NCBI RefSeq assembly: GCF_009914755.1
Contig: NC_060929.1
DNA from: the human T2T-CHM13v2.0 reference genome, Homo sapiens
Reading direction: 5' to 3' (one strand)
DNA length: 64,000 nucleotides
The notes under the pieces are model-generated. The model was given only the letters and a program-made list of their open reading frames with translations, had not been told where the DNA came from and ran no database searches. The position numbers and the translations under genes are program-made. Positions 29,373 to 46,239 of the stretch are shown here, one piece after another. Every line of letters starts with the position of its first letter. Position 1 is the first letter of the stretch.

Positions 29373-30439
29373 ACACAAACAAATGAGAAGATCAGTGGGA
29401 AAAACAAGAGTTCTGCTACAGGAAAACAGTGCTTGGGGGGCCACTCTGAAGAATATGTTAAGTGACAAGAGGAGAAGAGGATGGAGGGCGGGCAGGCACT
29501 GAGGAATGACGTGGAAGAGAGAGGAATGCAGCCAACCCTTCCAGGGACAAGAAGGACTTGGCTCTATTGCCTCTGTGAAGCAGGGACCTGTCTCCTTGGG
29601 GCTGATTTGTTTTATTTGGTGTGTTGTTAACCTTTGCTCAGTCCTAGGCTGTGGTTAACTTGGGGCCATAGGCAGGGGGAGAAGGTCACAGCAAATTTAG
29701 TGGGAGGCATTTTAAGTACTTAAAGCAATAAATCCTCATGTACCTCGAGTCTGCTCAGGCTTCCCTAAACCTGGGAATTCAATTTTGTGCAGCGTACACA
29801 GTTTGCCAAGCACACTAAGTCATTGAGAGAACAACTTGATGTATTGCTGTGGGGAAAAAAATGCTGTGTTCCTTTCGTCATTCAAATTAGCAACTTTTCA
29901 TACTGGGATGACAGGTGACTGATCACCTGAGAATATATCCTGTCTTCTAGTGATTTGATATCTCTTCCTTCTCTGTTTCCCTATCTGTATTTTCATGCCT
30001 TAAAGAGTAAAGAGAAAACATTTCTATTACAATTGCTATAGAATCAGTACCTGATTCATAAGCCCCAAGCCTCAGGGCCTGGCATATGGTAGGCATTAAT
30101 AAATGATGAATGAATAAATGACTAGATTTGGTTGCTGTCTGCAGACTGCCCTGTTTCCTTCCCAGAGGGTCGGAGGAAGCTTTTGCTTTTTTTTTTTTTT
30201 TTGGTGTGGTGGAAGCAGTATGCACTGCTGCAGTGCAGGACATTGTACGTCTGCACTGTTCAGACTCTCCTTGGGTAAGAGACTTATTGTCCTGGCTTCT
30301 GAGAATGGTGGTAGCCCCTTGAGGAATTGCCTAAGTTGCAGAGAGCTGTCTCGCCCAAGGTCAGCCTTTCCTGGGGTGTCCAATATCCATCGACTCATCC
30401 ATGTGGGGTTGTAAAGAGCTGGCCTTCTCAGCCCAACCA

Positions 30440-30626
30440 AGGACAATTCTGAAGGACTAATCTAGCTCTACACCTCTTTGTGGGGTTGGCTGTCATTGAG
30501 CTGGATCACAGCTTCATTTTCTGTCTCTTCTGTCCCCTCCCTTCCATAGGTGTTGACCCAAGAGCACTCATCAGTAAATCTCCTATGTAATAAACTCAGA
30601 ATGGGCTTCTCAGCCCAACCTGTGCA
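30440..30626 (+). mobile_element. LTR16-like (ERVL) LTR 3' fragment
   Basis: ggtgttgacccaagagcactc...agtaaatctcctatg...ctcaga...cccaacc. Confidence 0.5.
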
Positions 30627-30679
30627 TTTTATTTTATTTTTAGATCCCACTCTGACTTTCTTCCTCATTGGCAGAAATA

Positions 30680-30906
30680 CCAGCTAACATTTATTGAGTG
30701 CTTACGATCAGCTAGACACTCTACTTGCCTTGTCTCACTTAATCCTCACGACAACCCCAGGAGTGGCCGTTTGAATCTGCATGTTACAGGGGAGGGAGCG
30801 AGGCTGGGGATTCTGTGACTTATTCATAGCCACAAAACCAGTAAGTGTTGGGGCCAGAGCTCGATACCAGTTGAATTTTAGAGCCTAGGCTCTTAACCAC
30901 TCTGCC
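30680..30906 (-). mobile_element. MIR
   Basis: aacatttattgagtgcttac...cttaatcctcacgacaaccc...ctcttaaccact. Confidence 0.75.
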
Positions 30907-30934
30907 ATTCTTCTGGTACCCCTGCTGGTAACTT

Positions 30935-31164
30935 TAGAAAAAAATTACCTGTGTTCTACAGAACCTTTGGGGGAATATTTATATGGGCCCACGTTGTGGG
31001 GCCTCTATAGAGTTCACCAAGTACGTTAGTGTCGTAAGAGCTCTGAGACGTCCTACTGTAGGGAAACCTGTTAATGTTTTCCAAACTTATTTGACCACAA
31101 AAACACATGCAGTGGCCCTATTGACATCCTAATGTTCTGTGGAAAAAAACTTCGGGAAACACCG
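30935..31164. mobile_element. hAT-Charlie MITE (MER112-like)
   Basis: gttctgtggaaaaaaacttcgggaaacaccg terminus; ttttccaaacttatttgaccac. Confidence 0.5.
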
Positions 31165-31826
31165 GCCTAAACCGTAACAGCTTATTTTACTTTATGCAGA
31201 ACTGGTAAATGTTTGTGGGGTTACCTCCTTTGGTCCTGACCTATTATTCTGCTACTCTGAACAAGTGGTTTCAAATCTGTACAACAGGGATAACATTTTA
31301 CCTCTTGAAGGTCACATAGTAGTCAAATGAGGTAATAGATACAAAAATTCTGAAAATCACTGCTAACTGCAGACAAGGAGTTATTAAGCACGGATGTTTT
31401 AAGATTCAGAAACGTTAAAGTGCCAAATGTGTCAAAAGCCATTTCTCACATAAAACTAGCTTTGAAAAATTTCTGATGGGAGTCAGCTCTACACGTAGGT
31501 GTGTTAAGGACTGTTTGAACGAATCATAATTAGAACACATGATGCATTAGAGTTAGGTCATTTTTGCAAAGGGAGATGTTTACTTATCAAATAAATTTTG
31601 AGCATTCAAATACTTTTTGAGAATGCTTATGTAAATGTTCATAGGAATAAAAGTAAGTGTAAGTGATGGACCCTATTTTCAAATAACTTAGTGCTTACAG
31701 CATATAGAAGGCAAACACATGCCTTTCACGTCCTTTTTTTACCTCGCATGCCCATCTCAGAACTTGCTGGTCAGTCACTGCACTTTTAACTGTTGAACTC
31801 AGATATAGCTGCAGAGCTGCAGAATT

Positions 31827-31971
31827 TTTTATTTTTATTTTTAGTTTTGAGATAGGTCTAATTCTGTCGCCCAACCTCTCACTGCAGCCTTGACCTTCTG
31901 GGCTCGAGCAATCCTCCTACATCAGCCTCCTGAGTAGCTGCGACTATAGTCATGCACCACCATGCCTGGCT

Positions 31972-32002
<31 letters not shown>

Positions 32003-32435
32003 GAGACAGAGGTTTGCTCTTTCGCCCAGGCTGGAGTGAAGTGGTGCGATCTTGGCTCACTGCAACCTCTGCCCCCCTGGCTTCAAGTGATTCTCCTGCC
32101 TCAGCCTCCCGAATAGCTGGGATTATAGGTACCTGCCATCACTCCTGGCTAATTTTTGTATATTTAGTAGAGACGGGGTTTCGCCATGTTGGCCAGGCTC
32201 AGATAATCTGATAATCCTGACCTCAGATAATCCACCCGCCTCAGCCTCCCAAAGTGCTAGGATTACAGGCATGAGCCACCATGCCCGGCCCTGGCTAATT
32301 TTTTTATTTGTACTTTGTAGAAACCGGGTCTCATTATGTTGCCTAGGCTGGTCTCAAACTCCTGGACTCAAGCAATCCTCCCCGCTTGGCCTCCCAAATT
32401 GCTGGGATTATGGGCATGAACCACTACGTCCAGCC
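31827..32435 (-). mobile_element. AluJ interrupted at its linker by a second Alu
   Basis: Monomers at 31827-31975 and 32291-32435; outer TSD agctg(c/t)agaatt. Confidence 0.88.
31981..32290 (-). mobile_element. AluS nested in AluJ
   Basis: TSD ctggctaattttttt at 31966 and 32291; long T tract. Confidence 0.92.
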
Positions 32436-33544
32436 TACAGCTGTAGAATTCTTGTCATAGCACTCTAGCAAGCCACTACTAATTGATCAGAGTCAGCTCA
32501 TGAGATGAAACCTATTGCTACAGAAACCTGATGTATAGATTCTAGATGTGCAAACATAAAGAATGTATATCAAGGGAGAATGTGACAAGTGCCAAAAGAA
32601 TTGTAAAGTCAGAGCACATAATACATATCATAGGCTAGGGTAGGCAGGGAGGGCTTCCTAGTAGAAGCAGGAGTTAAACTGGGCCCTGAAGGAGGGGAGG
32701 ACTTGGATGGTGGCCAGGATAGAGCAGGCTGTTCTAGGACACCCCCACAAAGGTGAATTAAATCCCAATACCTAAAAGGTAGCCTCTGTCTAAAACCTTT
32801 GCTGATGATCTCATCACTGAATGTGGACACTGATGTTTCTTCATCCTAGATTCTAGAAGGCTGATACCTTTCAGAGTCTTTTTGACCTTCCAATTGACTG
32901 CCAGCATCCAGATTGTGATTTCAGTCTCTTGCCGAGTCAGAAACAGAGAACGCACGATTCCAGGAGCCCATAAATTACTTCTAGTTATTGCAGTGACGAA
33001 AGGCCTCTTCGAAGGTGACTTGCTCACTCCCTGTTTTATAGCCTCATACATCAAAGAGGAAGATGGAGCGGAGTCAGTTTCTATGACGAGATCCAGGCTT
33101 CAGGAGAAACGGGTGGCAACTGTCTGCAAAATGGAGCACTTTCTGTCAAAACTTAATTAAATTAGCCTTGATTCTACAAATAATAGGACAAAGTTTTCCT
33201 CCCCACACCCCTCCAGACCCCTGTACCTTCTTCCTGTACCTCTTCAGAAAATTGAGTTCTGAGTGCATTGCACTAGGAGACAGTTTGTAAAATTTAGGCA
33301 ATGATTAGTTTAATTCGGCCTTTGCATTAATATACAGAAACTGAATGTGCTGTGGGTTAGAAGGGGGAATGAGTTGCAAGATATGCGAGATGCTCAGTGA
33401 GGTATAGAAGGAAGATAACTGGATGGAATGCCAGAGAGTTGGATTCTTGCCCTCAGTGCCTCTAGGTTGCCAGCTCTGTGACATTGAGCAGGTCTCTTTC
33501 CTTTTAGGTTCTCAGTTTCCCCATTCTGGTCATGTTTAAGGCTT

Positions 33545-33880
33545 TGTATCAGCCAGCACAGCCATCATAGTAACTTATGTCTCCAAGCTTTACTTCTCAT
33601 TCATGCCACATGTCTACTGTGAATCAGCTGAGAGCTCACTTCCGTGTTCTCTGGGACTCAGGCTGATGGAGCAGCCACCATTTCCATTGCTACAGATTGC
33701 TGTGGCAGAGGGAAAGAATGTTCTGGAAGGTCTCCCATTGGCAATCAACTGGCCTGGCAGTGACATATGCCATGTCCTCTCACAACACATTGGATGTGGC
33801 CAATGAGTCCTATGGCCTCACACAATCACAGGGGGCCAGAAAGCACAATGCTACCATGCTGGCATTTAGTGAATAGCATT
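33545..33880 (-). mobile_element. Old MLT1-type LTR
   Basis: tttacttctcattcatgccacatgtc...ctgggactcaggctgatggagcagccacc...gtgacatatgccatgtcctctcac. Confidence 0.55.
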
Positions 33881-34069
33881 GATGCATATCCCAGGCCCCT
33901 TCCAACTCCAAAGCTTTATGATTTTCTAGTTTCCATTGAACTCTGAGTTTTTATTTCCACCTTTCACTTTGGTTAGGATTCTTGATTCTAAAGTAGATTG
34001 CCTTCATTCACCAAGTGCTGATTGACAATTCTTTAATTTCCTCATGGAGGGATCTACTATCCCTACATG

Positions 34070-34485
34070 GTTCCACTAGCTATGTGATCCTGGGAAACTG
34101 TTCTGTGACTCAGTTTCCCCATCTGTCCAATAGGAATAATAATGACACCTACTAAAAAAGTTGTTGGAGGATTAAATTAGTCAGCATTTAGAACAGTGTC
34201 TGGCATATGTTGAGTACTCAAAAAGTGTTAGACATTGGTGAGGAAGGCAATACAGTGTGGAGGCTATGAGTACCAGCTCTGGAGCTAGACTGCCTGGCTT
34301 TGAATCCTGGCTCTACCACTTACAGGCCATGGTACCTGGGGCAGGGTAGTTTTCATATCTGTAAACTGGGGGTAGTAATAGTGTCTATTCTACCTCAGCA
34401 GACTGTTATGAGGATTAAGTCAAGTAATATACCCAAAGCAGTTAGAACAGTACCTGGCATGTAGTGAGGGCTTGAAATTATTAAT
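34070..34485 (+). mobile_element. Two tandem MIRs
   Basis: ctcagtttccccatctg...; gctctggagctagactgcctggctttgaatcctggctctaccactta... Confidence 0.75.
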
Positions 34486-34771
34486 TCTAACAGTCATTAC
34501 TCAGTATGTAGTGTTTAACACCACTGAGTCCATTCTCTGTTTTTTGAGACTCTTTTCACTCTGTTTTTTTTTCTTTTTTGGCCCCATTCTTTCCTGATTT
34601 TTCTCCTGCCTTGGTTGTGTTTTTGAAGATGCTTCCCTATCCTTAAAGTTCGAGGGTCCCTAGAGTCTCATCCAAGGCTGTCTCTGCTCCATGCGTTCTC
34701 TCAATGAGCTTGTTCATTCTCATGGAATCAGCTTTCACCTACTCACTGGTGGCTTCCAATGATTAACTTTC

Positions 34772-37509
<2,738 letters not shown>

Positions 37510-37584
37510 GAACTAAACTTTTTATCTCCCTCTGTCATTGTCGTCATCCAGCCACCACCTTCTTTTCTATTCTTAGCATGATGG

Positions 37585-37820
37585 CTCAGAGGATGAGCTT
37601 TTAAATTACATGTACCTAAGTTGTAACCATTGCCACATACTAGCTATGTGAGCTTGGGCAGGTGACTTAGCACTTCTGAGCCCTGCTTTCCTAACCTCAG
37701 AAATAGGGATAATAATAGTACTTTCCTCATAGGGTTAGTCTGAAGATTGAATGGGGCCATTATATAAACCACTATCATAATATCTGGAGCATAATATGTG
37801 CTCAATAAAAGTAGCTACTG
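37585..37820 (+). mobile_element. MIR
   Basis: ctagctatgtgagcttgggcaggtgactta...ataataatagtactttcctcatagggtt. Confidence 0.75.
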
Positions 37821-38209
37821 CTAATATTATAAAAATGATGATGACATTGATGCTTTCTATAACTCAGGTGCTTTCATCTTATTTAGACATTTGATTTCTC
37901 CTGTGTGGATTATTGTAGCAGCCTTCTGACTCATTTTACTCCTTGTCTCATCTGATCTTGCTCACCTCCACTGACTCTTATTTCCCCCAGAATTATCTTT
38001 CTAAACATAGCTTTGATCACATCATTCAGCTACTTAGAACCCTCAAATATCTCCTTGTTGCCTAAAGCACTGCCCCAACAGTGCTAACTTATAGGAGTAC
38101 TCAATAAATATCTATTGATTATTAATTTGCTTACTTACCTGTACTCCACATTGGCACACGGTGACCCATTAGTGTAGGAGGGCTGCAGCTATCCAGTAAG
38201 GTTTTGAGC

Positions 38210-38311
38210 AGGACCTGACACTGCACAAGTCCAGTGGGACGCTTTTCACATTATATTATATGTAAACGGCACCCCAGAACTCTTTCTGGAGTTGGACAGA
38301 GCGACAGCCTG
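38210..38311. mobile_element. MER91-like palindromic hAT MITE relic
   Basis: ctgcacaagtccag...gcttttcacattatattatatgtaaacggc...ctggagttggacag. Confidence 0.5.
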
Positions 38312-38562
38312 GAAGAGTCCTGGATCCTCGTGTTGTCTCCTCTCTTGGGCAAGTCACTTAGTGGTTTTGAGCCTTAGTTGTGCGGTGGGGGTATTAAGAC
38401 TTGAACTACTTTCCCTTACAGTTGTGGGAGGCTGGCGAAAGTGAACAGGCTTATGACCTGGGAAGTGCCGTCTTTCACAAATGCTCCTGCCATTATTGTC
38501 ACCAGTAGTGACGTGAAGAGTAAGGACTACGAAGAACCCCATTTCTGGTAGTCAGTTTCTAA

Positions 38563-39450
<888 letters not shown>

Positions 39451-39739
39451 TCTGGTAAGAATTGTAAGCTCAATTGGATTTTGAAGGTCATTCTACCTAA
39501 TAGTGGAGGGTGCAAAATACATAAACTTTGAACTTTCAAATGGAATTACTCTCTGCTGGGCTGTAATATGGGTTTAATCAGAAATTTTTGTAATTCTAGC
39601 TGGGGAATAGTGTTCAATGATAGAGGAGAAGGAACGCCATCTTCACAGTTTTTAGGCGATTTTCTTTTCTATGGATCTTTTTAACATTAAAAAATTGGAG
39701 TAGTATTTTTATAGAATATAGTTTTATTTTAATCGATTT

Positions 39740-40164
39740 TAGTAGAGATGGCTAGTGCTCACACATAGGTGCTTCTCCTCTCCTTCCAAGCATATGGAAA
39801 AATGACATTGCGCAGTTCTTTGCAGGTAAGTGGGGCTGGCGACAGGGTCTAGCCAATGACCTGTGAACAAAATAATATGGATCACTTGTAGAATGAAGGA
39901 CTTAATTGCTTGCATAAGACACCCTGGAGCTTTCTTCTGCACATTGACTGAGAAGGCCCCGTGCTACAGATGGCACTCTGCAGGCTGGCGGCGCCTTCAT
40001 TAACTTGGGCCTCTGAGCATCACCTGGAGAACAGTTTCCCTGGAGAATCATTTGTACCCATAGTGGACTTCGTGAGTGAGAAATAAAATTGTTGTGCTAA
40101 GTCACTAAGATGTGTTTTTTTTGTTTTTCACTGAAGCATGATCTAATTTATCTCAGCTAATACA
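39740..40164 (+). mobile_element. MLT1I/J-like LTR
   Basis: gtgagtgagaaataaaattgttgtgctaagtcactaagat...ctaataca terminus. Confidence 0.7.
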
Positions 40165-40429
40165 GTGACACAATTTGATTCTAGATCTAAGTTATTAGTC
40201 ACTTCACAACTGTTTCTTAGAGTGCCTGTTCTGTGCTGGGTACTGTGGAGGACCTGAGAAAGTGTAACCTTAATCTCTGTTTGCAAAATATGTACAACTT
40301 CTCTGGTGATACGGTTCATCTCTATTGTTGAATAATGGGTTTATATATCAAATGTCATAGATTGACTTAAAGGGACTTTGTCATGGCAAACTGGTTCACA
40401 TATTCATAACAGGAGTAATGAACATCTAT

Positions 40430-40875
40430 AATTCTGTCTGCCCAGCATCGCTTGCTCCACCCTTCTCCTCTTCCTTTAGAAAACTTGTCTCCTACTCTAT
40501 GTAGTTCTGGTGGGGTTACCAGCTATAATCCCTACATCCCCGGCCATTGGAAAAGGCATATAACTTCCCTGGAAATGTCTGAATTGAAGATTGAAATGGT
40601 AGCTCTCTCTTGCCCCCTGTGTCATAAAATGTAAGAAACTGATCCCAGAAGCAATGTCCCCGAGGAGCCTGAGATAATGAGGACAACTTATAGACCAAAG
40701 CTGAGATGAACTCTGAGACATTGAACGGTGACAGATTCTAATGCTTTTCAGTTCCTGAATCCTGAGGCCACTACCACCCACGTACCTCAAGACATGTAAG
40801 TTGATACTTTCCCTGTCTTTCTTTTTGTTCAAACTAGCTTCCATTTCTTCGAATAGAAAGAATTATCATTAGTAT
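40430..40875 (+). mobile_element. LTR33-like ERVL LTR relic
   Basis: ctgtctgcccagcatc...atgtagttctggtgggg...tttttgttcaaactag. Confidence 0.45.
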
Positions 40876-41585
40876 AACAACTATTATATTTGTTGATAAA
40901 TAATAACATGCTAATAACAACCAAAATAAATAATATCACATACAAATCTCATTTAATCCTTTTAACAATCCCACCACATTGGTACACCTACTAGTATCAC
41001 CTCCACTTTACAGAGGAAGAGAATGAGGCTGGCCCAAGACAGGAAATTTAGCCAAGGTCACACCGTTGTTAAGTGGTAGGATGGAATAAGACTCAGGCAA
41101 TCTGATTCCCAAGCCCATTGCTGTCTGAATGTTTTTTAAAGTTTATTTTTCTAAATGGACACATAATAATTGTACATGTTTATCAGGCATATGGTGATGT
41201 TTCCATACATATCATGTGTAGTGTTCAGATCAGTGAGTGCAAATCTTAATATCCAGGTTTATAGAAAGTGTTTTCTACCTTCTGTTTCTCTATCTGAAAT
41301 TTTCTACAAAGGATGACAAAATAATTTGTGGTTGCTTTGCAGAAGTGAATACAATTTTTTTCTTTTGCAGAAGTGAAATACAAACCCTTTTTTTTTTTTT
41401 TTTACTTTTTAAAGTATCTAAAAAACACTTGGCTATTTGGTGTAATTCTAGAATCTTTGATTAGAAGTACTGAGTTTGAAAAGGTGAAACATCGTAATAA
41501 GAACTTTTGATGAATGAACTAATGTTTTCATGCTGGATATAAACTTCATTTTTTTCTGTAGTATATCCCATATTACCCATTTAAA

Positions 41586-42194
<609 letters not shown>

Positions 42195-43749
42195 ATGTTG
42201 CCCATTTAAAAACATGTAATTGCTTTCTTTCCTTTTGAATATCAGGCCAGGTTGGATAAACCCATGGGTCTTTCTGGTGAGCTGGCCACAAGGTCAAGGG
42301 CATGCCAGCTGCTGAGTGGGCTTTGAGACTTGTTCAGTAGATGAACATGGCTGTCTGCGCCATCCAGCAGAGCATGAAGTGGAGGGGAGGTTGGAGGAGG
42401 CAGCCACTCACTCAGGCGCCGGCAGTGTGGGGGCTGAGGTGGCAAGCAGGGTTGTCATTATGCTAATAGCATCCGTGGAGCCACAGCCAGTGACCCCTTG
42501 GGGAAAACAAGAGCTCTTGAAGGTCCATTTGAAGCCTTTGCACCATCAGTTTGAAGGCTCTGACACTTGTACTTGGCACCTCCTAATTGATTTTATTTTT
42601 CACTTGCCTAAAGAGCATTGCTCCATTAAAGTGCAATGACCTTGCAGACCTAACCGAAGTTTAAGGAGAGGCAGCATATTGGAGGTGGCAGTCTAGTGCA
42701 GAGGTTTGGATTGTGGACTCTGGAGACAGACTGCTGGGATTAGAATCTCAGCCTTTGGCCTCAATGGTCATGTGAGTTGGGGCAGGTGCCTTCACCTCTC
42801 TGCTTCCTTTTCTTCATCTGGAAAGTGGCAGTGATAGGAGTACCCTCCCAATCTCTTAGCGGGTTGTCCAAAGTATAAAATAAATTAGTGCATGAAGAAC
42901 ACTTCGATAACACCGAACACTCTGTTATGGTTGATCAGTGGTAGAGGAGAAAGCTGTGGAGAGGGCTAACATTTGCATGTCAAATAGAGAAGCCCTGAGT
43001 GAGTCTTGATCAAGCCCTCAGCAGCTGGGTGACCTAGGACAAACCACATGCTCTTTCTGACCTTGAATGAAATGTGACCAACTGAGAAAGCACTGTGAGG
43101 GATGTCTGACACATCAGAGGTGCTTAGTGAAGGGTACTTTCCTTCCCACTGGGCCCCAGTCTTCCCATATGTAAGGTGAAGGTGGTTGAGATCTTTTTTG
43201 TCTTTAACTGCCTAAGAATTTGGGTCTGATATCATAGGTACTGATTAAAAGGGGTATCCTTTTTGGGACTGGCCAGGTGAGTCAAAGCCTCAGGGTGAGT
43301 AGGACTCCCACAGGATTAACGGTCATCACCCAAGAGAGTTGCTATCCACTGTCACACATGGCAGAGTGCAGGGTCCTGAGGGAGTGGGCGCGGGAGGAGG
43401 CAACATAGAGAGGTGGCCGGGATGATGGACTCCAAACCAACTTTGCCACAAATTAGCAGTGGGGCTTTGCTGTCTCCAGCTTTAGCTGATCCAACTGGAA
43501 AATAGGAGGACCGCTCTTGAGGATTCTAAGGAGTGGACCATGGTAAGGAATCCGGTGAAGGGGCGTGGAGGCAGAGGGTTCTGGGAAATTCAGGAGAAAG
43601 TGGGCAGTTAGGAATGGAAGAGTGACTCAAACTTCATCTATCTCATAGCTGAGGCCAGATTTTACCTTTAGATCTGGAACATTTATAATCTTGATGTAAT
43701 TCAGCATGTGGACTGACCTGAGAGTCAAAATCATTGAAATACGAATGAT

Positions 43750-43955
43750 AGTGAAAACAGCTTATACTATGTGCCAAACACAATGCTCAAGGCATTATCT
43801 GCATTATCTCATTTGAGTTTTCTAGCTAATGCTAAGAGGTAACTACTATTACTGGCCCCATTTTACAGATTAAAAAACCCCCTGAAGCTCACAGAGGTTA
43901 AGTAGCTTGCCCACAGTCACTCAGCTTGAAACCTGTGAACTAGGAGCTGGAATTC
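43750..43955 (-). mobile_element. MIR (continues after 44627)
   Basis: ccccattttacagat...gaagctcacagaggttaagtagcttgcccacagtcac. Confidence 0.75.
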
Positions 43956-43979
43956 TTTGTTGTTGTTGAACTTTGGGGC

Positions 43980-44260
43980 TTTTTAGATGGGGTCTCACTC
44001 CATCACCCAGGCTGGAGTGCAGTGGTGTGATCTCAGCTCACTGCAGCCTTGACCTCCAGGCTCAAGTGATCCTCCCACCTCAGCCAGAAAGTCTGAGTAG
44101 GTGGGACTACAGGTGCATACCACCATACCTGGGTAATTTTTGTAGAGATGAGGTCTTGCTGTGCTGCCCAGGCTGGTCTCAAATTCCTGGGCTTAAACAG
44201 TCCTCCTGCCTCAGCCTCACAAAGTGCTGGGATTACAGGCCTGAGCCACCACTCCCTGCT
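43980..44260 (-). mobile_element. AluJ
   Basis: cactgcagccttgacctcc..ctcaagtgatcctcccacc (J-type). Confidence 0.88.
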
Positions 44261-44269
44261 GACCTCTGG

Positions 44270-44627
44270 CTTTTTAATTTTAGTTAATTAATTTGACAAA
44301 AATTGTATGTATTTTTAGTGTACAACATGATATTTCGAAATATGTGTACATTGAGGAATGGCTAAATCGAGCTAATTAGCACATATAGAATCTCCTATAC
44401 TTATCATATTTTGTGGTGAGGGCCCTTAAAATTTACCCTCAGGGGTTTTCAAGTAGACATTACATTGTTATTAACTATAGCCACCGTGTTGTACAATTGA
44501 TATTTTGAGCTCATTCCTCCTGTCTAATTTAAATTTTGTATCCTTTGACCAACATCTCCCCTTTTCACCCTCAGCCCCTGGTAACCTACATTCGACTCTG
44601 CTTCTATGAATTTGACTTTTAGATTAT
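44270..44627 (-). mobile_element. L1MA 3' end
   Basis: aattgtatgtatttttagtgtacaacatg...ttaactatagccaccgtgttgtacaat. Confidence 0.8.
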
Positions 44628-45727
44628 GAGCTGGGATTCCAGCCCAGGTAGTTAGATTGGACAGTGTGTATTCTTCACTGAAACAGCTTGTCCTCAGAGG
44701 AAGGAGGAACCAGGATTTCTCACTGCCCGTCACAGCCTGCTTAACAATTTCTGCTTTGGGTCACAGTGACCTGTTCCTATCTCAAAGGCCTTGTATTTGA
44801 GGACCTGGTAAAAATATTTGCAAACCAAGAACAAATGTAGTTGTCCTTCCTAAGTATTCAAGTTTTGCTCCCTGGTGTGTGAAGATTACAAGGAGAAAGA
44901 AAGTTGTGGAATGCAATATGGTCAGGTCAACCATTACTTCAGGTCCACAGTAGCTTTTGTGTGAGTAGGTGCCAAGATAGACACTGCCAGTGTACTTAGA
45001 TGTGTGGACGAATGAGAGCTAGGGAGAGCTATGAGCATGTTCCTTGAAGGAAGTGCTGCCGGTTCTAAGTACAGTTCCCTTGCTCATCCTGGGAGAGCCT
45101 GGCGGTCCATATTACAGAAGGGAGAGGAACCTGGAGTTCTGAGAAGTGTGTGGGAGGGGAATTCAGGAAGAGGAGAGAGGCACCAGTAATCCCAGGTGAC
45201 CTCCGGAGTGAGTTTGCTGAGAATCATACAGGAAGACAAGAATGTCTGATGGACATTTTGTCATGTTTTATTGTGAGGTGGGTGATGTAAAGTCCTTTTT
45301 TCTGTGTTGTCTATGAAATCAGAGAATTCCACATAGCTCATTGTGATAGGCAGAATAATGGCACCCCAAAGATGTCCATGTCCAATCCCTGGAATCTGCA
45401 AATATGCTACTTTACAGGGCAAATGGGACTTCATAGATGTGATTACATTGAGGGTCGTGAGATGAGATTATTCTAGATTATCGGGCAGGCCTAGTGTAAT
45501 CTCAGGGATCCTTAGAGAGTCAGAGAAGGAGATGTGACGCTGGAAGCAGGTCAAAGTGATCTATGGCCGTGGTGAAAGAATGCAGGCAGTGTCTGGAAGC
45601 TGGGAAAGACAAGAAAACAGATTCTCCCCTAGAGCCCCTGGAAGGAACACGGCCCTGCCAACATCTTGATTTTGGCCCAGTGAGATCCATTTTTGACTTC
45701 TGACCTCCAGAACTGTAAGGTAATAAG

Positions 45728-45738
45728 TGTGTGTGGAT

Positions 45739-45766
<28 letters not shown>
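45728..45766. repeat. (TG)n/(CA)n microsatellite at the Alu tail position
   Basis: gtgtgtgtggatatgtgtgtgtg... directly abutting the Alu 3' end. Confidence 0.9.
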
Positions 45767-46106
<340 letters not shown>

Positions 46107-46239
46107 TAGGAAATGAATACATTCGCTTTTGCAAGAAACACGCTGAGTTTCTCACTTTGGCAGCATGTGCTGAGCCTGTGTGCAATAATGAAGGAGACTG
46201 GAGGCAGAGAGGGCCCAGTTGTTCAGAGCTACAACTGTG

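Noticed and set aside
32800-32836. C/D-box snoRNA (TGATGA ... CTGA)
   Set aside because: The boxes are too close together, the C box lacks the 5' purine and there is no terminal stem.
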